The position numbers were made by a program, and so were the translations under genes. From the IMG/VR virus record IMGVR_UViG_3300032105_000006: a DNA stretch of 37,377 nucleotides. The stretch is one strand, 5' to 3'. The DNA is from a virus. This document shows, piece after piece, positions 32,430 to 37,377 of this stretch; position 1 is the stretch's first letter; each line of letters opens with the position of its first letter. The notes below the pieces were generated by a model. It did no database searches, had not been told where the DNA came from, and saw nothing but the letters and a program-made list of their open reading frames with translations.

Positions 32430-32675
32430 CCTGTTTGTTTCTGGAATGCATTCAAACCCCTAGCGCGTGGGGTGTTTTCTTGGCATGGCTTTTGTGCTTA
32501 TGCCGTGGGCTATCTTGTTTATCCCTTGCTGCCTGCTGATCTGGTGCATCGCTGTGCACAATCATTCAGGTGGCCTAGATGCTTATACGCTGGCCTGTCG
32601 CAGGGTTTATCCGATGGGTCTAGCCTAACCGCTTCGGGGACCGGGTCTCAGTCCCAGGATTTGATGCCCTCATTC

Positions 32676-32690
32676 TAGGTGTTTACCCTA
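32676..32690 (-). promoter_or_regulatory. Conserved box TAGGGTAAACACCTA without an obvious -10 at the usual spacing
   Basis: Exact core copy, minus orientation, about 260 bp upstream of the late promoter candidate. Confidence 0.4.
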
Positions 32691-32715
32691 TGCTGGTCAA
32701 ACGATCAGTGCTTTC

Positions 32716-32759
32716 TAAGGGTTTTCCCTAATGGCATTCTGTCAGTTAATGCCGATAAT
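32716..32759 (+). promoter_or_regulatory. Box variant TAAGGGTTTTCCCTAA (32716-32731) plus -10 GATAAT (32754-32759) for the 32799 operon
   Basis: Box centre to -10 is about 30.5 bp. ATGGCA -35-like with a 17-nt spacer. Confidence 0.45.
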
Positions 32760-32798
32760 TAAACCATCAGCAACCCACCACAACCTAGGAGAAATAAC

Positions 32799-33002
32799 AT
32801 GCAAGTTCAACAAAAGATAGCCTCCTTACTTGAAGTCGCATTCAGCACTCGCGGCCTTGAGTTCGGAACCCGAAATCTCATACTGTCCGATGCTGCTTGC
32901 GCCGCTGGCTTCAAGCTGTTTCATAGCGGCCACGGTCGCCACAGCGACATCATCCACTTCGAGCTGTACAGCGGCCGTCGCGCTCTGGCTTGCTTTCAGT
33001 GA
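32799..33002 (+). CDS. Hypothetical protein (67 aa). The coding strand is uncertain.
   Basis: AGGAGAAATAACATG start context. An antisense ORF 32826..33128 is also open. Confidence 0.45.
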   Translation: MQVQQKIASLLEVAFSTRGLEFGTRNLILSDAACAAGFKLFHSGHGRHSDIIHFELYSGRRALACFQ

Positions 33003-33018
33003 CTCTGGAGAAATAATC

Positions 33019-33123
33019 ATGCAACGCATCACCATCAAAGACCTGCAAGCCGTCTGCAATCGCCTGAACCGCGAAACCAGCTCGCCGCAAGCAAAGGCAG
33101 ATTCATTGTTTATCTCGAAGTAA
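33019..33123 (+). CDS. Small ORF (34 aa, MQRITIKDLQAVCNRLNRETSS...)
   Basis: GGAGAAATAATCATG start context duplicated from 32785-32801. Confidence 0.4.
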   Translation: MQRITIKDLQAVCNRLNRETSSPQAKADSLFISK

Positions 33124-33190
33124 CCCACCAGCCATTGCGCCTAGCATCCTGGGCGCAATACCGGGCGTGTTGACCCGATTGGAGTAACCT

Positions 33191-33430
33191 ATGAATCTGA
33201 CACCTGAAACCATCCAGCAGACGCGCCAATGGTACGCGGACAACGCCATGGCTTGCATCGCTGAAGTTCAAGAAGGCCGCGTCAGGGTAAACAATCCAGA
33301 ATCCTACTTCGCACGGTGCCTGCAAAATCGGGCCGACGCATTGGCTGGTAAATTCGATCATTCGTTTGCTTTCCGCCAGCGTGCCCACTATTTCCAGACC
33401 GGTGAATGCGTCCCTATTCTCCCAGCCTAA
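33191..33430 (+). CDS. Hypothetical protein (79 aa)
   Basis: ORF track. GGAG RBS. Confidence 0.65.
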   Translation: MNLTPETIQQTRQWYADNAMACIAEVQEGRVRVNNPESYFARCLQNRADALAGKFDHSFAFRQRAHYFQTGECVPILPA

Positions 33431-33446
33431 CCCAGAAAGGCCAATC

Positions 33447-33557
33447 ATGAATACCCGCAATGAATACGTCTCTCACCTTTCCCGATGTGCCTCTCTCGGC
33501 ATCGAGCCCTTGCCCTATCGGCGCTTCCTGCTGATTCTTCGGGAGATCGGGCTATGA
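33447..33557 (+). CDS. Small ORF (36 aa)
   Basis: Own translation MNTRNEYVSHLSRCASLGIEPLPYRRFLLILREIGL. ATGA overlap with the next ORF. Confidence 0.45.
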   Translation: MNTRNEYVSHLSRCASLGIEPLPYRRFLLILREIGL

Positions 33558-33655
33558 TTGAACTACTCTTCTACTTCTTCCTCGCTGGGTTCTTCGTGAC
33601 CATCCTCTGGGCCATTATCGAGGCTCTAGCGAAGGCAATCGAGGACATGCTATGA
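33554..33655 (+). CDS. Small membrane peptide (33 aa)
   Basis: Own translation MIELLFYFFLAGFFVTILWAIIEALAKAIEDML. ATGA overlaps at both ends. Confidence 0.45.
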   Translation: MIELLFYFFLAGFFVTILWAIIEALAKAIEDML

Positions 33656-33825
33656 CGCCCTTGGAGATCAAGGAAAAACGCCTACAGGCCGGTTTAACGC
33701 AGGCCCAGGCGGCCAGAGTAGTCTATGTCCACATTAGGACATGGATCAGGTGGGAAACGGGGGATATTCCAATTCCTCGGATGGCGTGGGAATTGTTCAC
33801 ACTGCGGACTGAATGCCCTATATAG
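33652..33825 (+). CDS. XRE-family HTH protein (57 aa, Cro-like)
   Basis: Own translation MTPLEIKEKRLQAGLTQAQAARVVYVHIRTWIRWETG... Confidence 0.65.
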   Translation: MTPLEIKEKRLQAGLTQAQAARVVYVHIRTWIRWETGDIPIPRMAWELFTLRTECPI

Positions 33826-33855
33826 GCTTTCGACCTGTAAATTTTACTGTGTCTT

Positions 33856-33931
33856 TGGCCCGCCGTGCAGGAATCGAACCCACATCTAGACGGTAGAAAC
33901 GTCTTGTTCTAATCCTTTGAACTAACGGCAG
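33856..33931 (-). tRNA. tRNA-Arg (anticodon UCU), CCA encoded
   Basis: Manual cloverleaf. 7-bp acceptor, GTTC/GAAC D-stem, AGACG/CGTCT anticodon stem, loop UUUCUAC, TTCGATT T-loop. Confidence 0.85.
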
Positions 33932-33936
33932 TTATT

Positions 33937-34013
33937 TGGTGCGCTGTGGTGGACTCGAACCACCAGATAACAGGGTTTAAGCCTGCTGACTTTACCAATT
34001 TGTCTAACAGCGC
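33937..34013 (-). tRNA. Class-I (short variable arm) tRNA with anticodon UAA (nominally Leu), A73, CCA encoded
   Basis: Manual cloverleaf GCGCTGT/ACAGCGC, anticodon loop CUUAAAC, 5-nt variable loop, GGTGG-TTCGAGT-CCACC. Confidence 0.7.
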
Positions 34014-34016
34014 TGT

Positions 34017-34090
34017 TGGAGCGGATAGTCGGAATCGAACCGAACCCTGCACAGCTTGGAAGGCTGGCGACTAACCTCTAGCTTACCCGC
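34017..34090 (-). tRNA. tRNA-Gly (anticodon UCC), CCA encoded, several non-canonical pairs
   Basis: Manual cloverleaf GCGGGTA/TATCCGC, anticodon loop CUUCCAA, short D-loop, TTCGATT T-loop. Confidence 0.7.
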
Positions 34091-34150
34091 TTTGCAAAAC
34101 TCAATTCTAAAAATCACTTCGTTTCTCCTATTTACGTTGCTGATGTAGTT

Positions 34151-34192
34151 ATTATCGGCACCTAAACACAAAATCTATAGGTGTTTACCCTA
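34151..34192 (-). promoter_or_regulatory. Conserved box TAGGGTAAACACCTA (34178-34192) plus -10 GATAAT (34151-34156) upstream of the tRNA cluster
   Basis: Box centre to -10 is 29-30 bp. Predicts a ~55-nt leader before tRNA-Gly. Confidence 0.5.
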
Positions 34193-34200
34193 GTGTTTAT

Positions 34201-34395
34201 TTATACAGGCCAATGCTCTTTGCATGTACCGTCTTTGTAACTGCGTGGCGGCTCCATAAACCACGGGGAGCGCGGCCCAGCAGGTTTAGCCCACAGAATA
34301 CGCCTGCACGTGTTGCACGGCGCGACAAGCTCGCCCTCATCGGTCGATACGCCGTGGCATCGGCAGCAGTCATAGGGCAATGTCGAATGGTCCAT
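34201..34395 (-). CDS. Possible zinc-ribbon protein (64 aa, CxxC-x16-CxxC)
   Basis: Internal ATG 34395 of track ORF 34201..34431, with an AGGA RBS. MDHSTLPYDCCRCHG...CNTCRR. Confidence 0.4.
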   Translation of the reverse strand: MDHSTLPYDCCRCHGVSTDEGELVAPCNTCRRILWAKPAGPRSPWFMEPPRSYKDGTCKEHWPV

Positions 34396-34404
34396 ATCGT
34401 TCCT

Positions 34405-34436
34405 AAAAAGACCCCGTAGCCACACGGCCACGGGGT
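34405..34436 (-). terminator. Rho-independent terminator (11-nt arms, 10 paired, 4-nt loop, then CUUUUU)
   Basis: ACCCCGUGGCC-GUGU-GGCUACGGGGU on the minus strand. T-run from plus-strand A-run 34405-34409. Confidence 0.6.
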
Positions 34437-34498
34437 TAAGGATGCATAGGCGGCAACTGCGCTAGGAGTGAACGCAAAACCTATGCACCAGGGGAGAT

Positions 34499-34696
34499 TC
34501 AAAAATCAGGCGTGCCAACCTCTGCGTCTTTACGTAGATAGCATTTGTTACAGATGAACTCGCCACGTTTCAGCCGCTCAATCTCAGCCAGCAGTGGTGC
34601 TACTGCTTGTTCTGCGTATTGGCGCAGGTCGGCTGCTGTGTAGTCGTTGCCTGGAATTTGCGGGTATGGCAAAGGCGGGTATTTGTACTCCATCAT
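34499..34696 (-). CDS. Hypothetical protein (65 aa)
   Basis: ORF track. Confidence 0.7.
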   Translation of the reverse strand: MMEYKYPPLPYPQIPGNDYTAADLRQYAEQAVAPLLAEIERLKRGEFICNKCYLRKDAEVGTPDF

Positions 34697-34702
34697 TCAC
34701 TC

Positions 34703-35062
34703 CTATCGCGTTGCATTGTCCTGGCATATGCCCTTATCAATTGATCTGTTGCTGGCTTGCTCTGTCCGCCAGATTTGAACAGAAAGATCAGCCGCCAACA
34801 TTTTGTATTTCAGCGTTTCCTCGGCCTCTACAGCAGTTCTAAGCCCTTTCAGTAGCTCGATGTACTCTGGATGCGCGTAGGCATACGCTTCCTTTGCGTT
34901 TACTGCTCCTTCGGTCTGAGCCATGAGCAGGCTTTTCTTGCTTCTGAGAAAGTTCTCCACATAGACCCTCTCAGCCTTGGCTTTGGCGAACCTGGGGGCT
35001 GTCTTAATGAGGTACTCTACAGCAGATCGCGGATTGTTGTCTTCCATTACAGCCATTTCCAT
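34703..35062 (-). CDS. Hypothetical early protein (up to 119 aa; start may be ATG 35047)
   Basis: ORF track. ATGs at 35062, 35056 and 35047; the last is TAATG-coupled to the HNH stop. Confidence 0.75.
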   Translation of the reverse strand: MEMAVMEDNNPRSAVEYLIKTAPRFAKAKAERVYVENFLRSKKSLLMAQTEGAVNAKEAYAYAHPEYIELLKGLRTAVEAEETLKYKMLAADLSVQIWRTEQASNRSIDKGICQDNATR

Positions 35063-35562
35063 TTATAGCCATTTTTTATGTTTTTTAGATGGCGAATGTT
35101 TATACCAAGAGACTGTGAAATTTCTTTTATGTCTTCTTTTGCAGCAATCCTATTTTTAGCGGTTTTTATGAGACTTTCTGAATATTTATTGTTGCCATTT
35201 CTTTCGCCGCGATTTGATGTCCCGTGATCTATCTTGTCCATCTCGTTAGAGCTTTTGCTGCCAACTCGAAGATTATCTAAACGACAATCTGTTTTTATCC
35301 CATTTTTATGGCATACATCCATACCAAATGGAATTTCACCAAAATAAGTAATTGCAACCAGCCTATGAACGTCAAACGTTTTTTGTTTATCTTTTTGATA
35401 AAGTCTTACTGTTAAATAGCCTCTTTTTGTATGCAAGTGCGGTTTTATTTGTTTGCCAACTTTTGCGCCTTTTGCTTTACCAATTCTGTAAATTAATCCA
35501 TCTTTGGTTATGCCATAAGATTCCCAATCTGGAATTGGCTTTACGTTATCAAAAAGGCTCAT
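35047..35562 (-). CDS. HNH homing endonuclease (NUMOD4-like N-terminus, HNH_3 core, C-terminal HTH)
   Basis: VHRLVAITYFGEIPFGMDVCHKNGIKTDCRLDNLRVGSKSSN. AT-rich. Confidence 0.85.
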   Translation of the reverse strand: MSLFDNVKPIPDWESYGITKDGLIYRIGKAKGAKVGKQIKPHLHTKRGYLTVRLYQKDKQKTFDVHRLVAITYFGEIPFGMDVCHKNGIKTDCRLDNLRVGSKSSNEMDKIDHGTSNRGERNGNNKYSESLIKTAKNRIAAKEDIKEISQSLGINIRHLKNIKNGYKWKWL

Positions 35563-35594
35563 TGTTATTTATTCATGTGGGTCTTTGGGTTCGC

Positions 35595-35822
35595 TCATTT
35601 GCTTGCACGGATGGCCCCACCAATATCAGGAACATCAGTAGTGTATTGTCGAATGTGATGATAAAAAGAATCTGCGATCCTTGCATCTTCTTCCTTAGTA
35701 GCTGCTCGGATGGCGGCGGCGAAGCGTTCTAGTTCTTCGCTTGTAAACTGGTGCAAGTCGTATTGCCCGCGATATTCTCCACCAGATTCAAACGTCTGCT
35801 GAATCAATTTCTCGCGGCTCAT
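35595..35822 (-). CDS. Hypothetical protein (75 aa)
   Basis: Start moved to ATG 35822 (ATGA overlap with the upstream stop). The track ORF starts at 35882. Confidence 0.7.
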   Translation of the reverse strand: MSREKLIQQTFESGGEYRGQYDLHQFTSEELERFAAAIRAATKEEDARIADSFYHHIRQYTTDVPDIGGAIRASK

Positions 35823-36007
35823 GACTGCTCCTGTGTGCATTTGGCGATCAATCCCCGAAGCGCACTCTTGGTTTCTTGCCAATGCCCGTCTTCAAGCGCA
35901 TCTTCCACCTCAATAACCGCGTGCAGCAACTCATCCCTCTCCTGCTGCAAACGCTCACACATGGCCTTGATCTTGTCTAGTGCGCTGGCTTCTACTTCGA
36001 TCTTCAT
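35819..36007 (-). CDS. Hypothetical coiled-coil protein (62 aa)
   Basis: ORF track. AAGGAA RBS. Confidence 0.65.
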   Translation of the reverse strand: MKIEVEASALDKIKAMCERLQQERDELLHAVIEVEDALEDGHWQETKSALRGLIAKCTQEQS

Positions 36008-36069
36008 TGCTGTTCCTTTGCTTTGGCGCGTGCCCTTCCACGCCGCACCACCTCTAAGTACACGCCTAA

Positions 36070-36112
36070 ATCATCGCCTCTCTATGGAATAAAACAATAG
36101 GTGCTTACCCTA
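36070..36112 (-). promoter_or_regulatory. Conserved box TAGGGTAAGCACCTA (36098-36112) plus -10-like GATGAT (36070-36075)
   Basis: Box centre to -10 is 30 bp. Confidence 0.5.
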
Positions 36113-36122
36113 GTCTGTGTTT

Positions 36123-36407
36123 TCATCCAGCCTTTAGCACATTCAGTGCACGTATCGCGGCCTCAGGGCCATCGACAAGGCAGACTGGGTAACCCTCGTA
36201 CAACTCAAAGAAACGCTGCTGTAGGGCCGTTTTCTTGCGCTGGCTGGCATATTTTGCGCCGTCCTTCACCTCGAACAGCGCGAACCGTCGATTAAACCCT
36301 ACCAGCAGGTCTACAGGCTTTCCAATGACCATTACCTTAGCTCCTGCGGCCTCTAGTGCGCTGATTACTTGCGCCTGATTGGCGTCTACACGGAGTGCGT
36401 ATCTCAA
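36123..36407 (-). CDS. VRR-NUC-type PD-(D/E)xK nuclease (94 aa)
   Basis: GKPVDLLVGF...ALFEVKDG...LQQRFF pattern and size. Confidence 0.65.
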   Translation of the reverse strand: MRYALRVDANQAQVISALEAAGAKVMVIGKPVDLLVGFNRRFALFEVKDGAKYASQRKKTALQQRFFELYEGYPVCLVDGPEAAIRALNVLKAG

Positions 36408-36408
36408 T

Positions 36409-36606
36409 TCAGCCCCCAGCTTTCTTTGCTTCTTCGCTCGATTTCCTCATAGCGCTCTTTAACTCTTGGGCAATTCCACAATACAACCCGCTCTGGTCTT
36501 TGTCTAGCTCTTGTGCCCTGTGCCATGCGTGGTGTCGCCATCCTGGTTCCTTTGATAGCTTGATTAGCCAGTCTAGGGTTGTTTGGCGGGCTGTGGTTAG
36601 GTTCAT
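36409..36606 (-). CDS. Hypothetical protein (65 aa)
   Basis: ORF track. Confidence 0.65.
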   Translation of the reverse strand: MNLTTARQTTLDWLIKLSKEPGWRHHAWHRAQELDKDQSGLYCGIAQELKSAMRKSSEEAKKAGG

Positions 36607-36710
36607 TTCCGCACAAGATCAATAGCCCTCTGTACTGCCTTTGCTTCCAGAAACTTCTGCTGTTTCTTGTAGTTGTCTCGGAGCTTGGTTAGCTTTTCTA
36701 GGATGGTCAT
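36603..36710 (-). CDS. Micro-ORF (35 aa)
   Basis: Own translation MTILEKLTKLRDNYKKQQKFLEAKAVQRAIDLVRK. ATGA overlaps at both ends. Confidence 0.5.
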   Translation of the reverse strand: MTILEKLTKLRDNYKKQQKFLEAKAVQRAIDLVRK

Positions 36711-36895
36711 TCTGCAAGCCTATAAACAACACGCTGATAAATACCATCGGCAGACACAACATCTTTTCTCATCAGACACTGAATCGCACTCCACGCTTCG
36801 CTAGGCTTCCATCCGGTTGTCTCTACTATCTCACGGAATCTTAGCTCACCGTGCTCTAGGAGGCGTTTTAGGGCATATGTCTTGGTCATGGTCAT
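36707..36895 (-). CDS. Small winged-helix DNA-binding-like protein (62 aa)
   Basis: Start moved to ATG 36895 (ATGA overlap). LLEHGELRFREIVETTGWKPSEAWSAIQCLMRKDVV. Confidence 0.6.
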   Translation of the reverse strand: MTMTKTYALKRLLEHGELRFREIVETTGWKPSEAWSAIQCLMRKDVVSADGIYQRVVYRLAE

Positions 36896-37161
36896 TGTTG
36901 ATCCTTTCTTGCAGCGTCGATTACTGCTCTTAGGCATCCAGGCAGGCAAGCAATGCGTTTAGGTTCTCCGCCGCTGATTTCTTTGTCAAGCCAATCAAGC
37001 CTCTCGGCATCTGCTTGCAGTTCTTCTACCTGAGCTTGCAAATCACGAATATTTTGTGCCGATTCTTGGCCTCGCTGCCAATATTGCCATCTAGAAAGCT
37101 CATCATTCATTGCCATGTTGTAAGGCATTTCAAGAACTCCAAAAAGCATTACATCGCTCAT
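36892..37161 (-). CDS. Hypothetical early protein (89 aa) with an RLDWLDK motif
   Basis: ORF track. Confidence 0.7.
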   Translation of the reverse strand: MSDVMLFGVLEMPYNMAMNDELSRWQYWQRGQESAQNIRDLQAQVEELQADAERLDWLDKEISGGEPKRIACLPGCLRAVIDAARKDQQ

Positions 37162-37186
37162 ACTTCCTCCTATTGGATGCCTTATC

Positions 37187-37377
37187 CTAGCTTCTGCGCT
37201 TGCGTGTATTGCCGGTAACAGTGCCGTAGCCGTAGCCGTTGCCGTAGCCGTCGCCGTATCCGTAGCCGTAGCCGTAGCCGTTGCCGTAGCCGTCGCCGTA
37301 TCCGTAGCCGTCGCCGTATCCGTAGCCGTTGCCGTAGCCGTCGCCGTATCCGTAGCCGTAGCCGTAGCCGTAGCCGT
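37187..37377 (-). CDS. Gly-Tyr repeat protein, 3' part (...GYGYGTVTGNTRKRRS, stop TAG at 37189-37187)
   Basis: Own translation of the minus strand. In frame with the 5' part at 137..1 after removing the 55-nt overlap. Confidence 0.6.
   Translation of the reverse strand, partial: GYGYGYGYGYGDGYGNGYGYGDGYGYGDGYGNGYGYGYGYGDGYGNGYGYGTVTGNTRKRRS
37223..37377. repeat. Tandem hexanucleotide array, the other side of the circular junction. Nt 37323-37377 duplicate nt 1-55.
   Basis: Direct reading. Confidence 0.95.

Noticed and set aside
33110-33460. 116-aa minus-strand ORF
   Set aside because: It is antisense to the better-looking plus-strand ORF 33191..33430 (which has a GGAG RBS). Its product is Trp/Cys/Arg-rich.
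37190-37377. Plus-strand Ser-Arg (AGC CGT...) and Ala-Val (GCC GTA...) frames, which are also open through the repeat
   Set aside because: Neither frame has a start codon or RBS on the plus strand. Both flanking genes are on the minus strand. Only the minus-strand GY frame has a coupled ATG and a terminal stop, and it closes in phase across the junction.
1-37377. Temperate lifestyle (prophage) call
   Set aside because: I could not recognise an integrase, excisionase, CI-type repressor or partition genes. The small XRE-type HTH protein alone is insufficient, so the lifestyle is left open.

Overview
The window reads as a complete, circularly closed dsDNA phage genome. Its first 55 nt are identical to its last 55 nt, so the unit length is 37,322 bp. 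The architecture is podovirus-like: there is no tape-measure-sized ORF and no sheath or tube genes.

There are three main transcription blocks:
- A minus-strand early/replication block runs 4930->137 and continues across the junction 37377->34499. It holds a DUF1376/YdaU-like protein, a VRR-NUC nuclease, HTH proteins and many small ATGA-coupled ORFs.
- A plus-strand early block spans 5082-11735. It holds an outer-membrane beta-barrel moron, Ea22-like mosaic proteins, a Sak/Rad52-like annealing protein and a mini-SSB.
- A ~20-kb minus-strand late block runs 32043->11704. In order it carries TerS, TerL, portal, scaffold, major capsid, internal virion proteins, adaptor/hub, tail fibre, three membrane proteins, an M15 endolysin and embedded Rz/Rz1 spanins.

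A short plus-strand operon (32799-33825) ends in an XRE-type HTH protein. Three tightly packed tRNAs lie on the minus strand at 33856-34090.

Five free-standing homing-type nucleases, all visibly AT-richer than their surroundings, interrupt conserved modules: one GIY-YIG, three HNH and one EndoVII-type HNH. No integrase, CI-type repressor, DNA polymerase or RNA polymerase is recognisable.

The most unusual items are:
- a 90-aa (Gly-Tyr)n protein gene built from a hexanucleotide array at the circular junction;
- a conserved TAGGGTAAACACCTA-type box centred about 42 bp upstream of the predicted start of most operons;
- a consensus -35/-10 late promoter candidate with a 19-bp spacer carrying a centred dyad (MerR-type geometry);
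- an orphan consensus promoter plus ~100-nt structured unit plus terminator upstream of an HNH gene;
- a cupin plus Asp/Asn-hydroxylase-like pair inside the virion module;
- a class-I tRNA with a UAA anticodon.

The host cannot be determined from the sequence alone.
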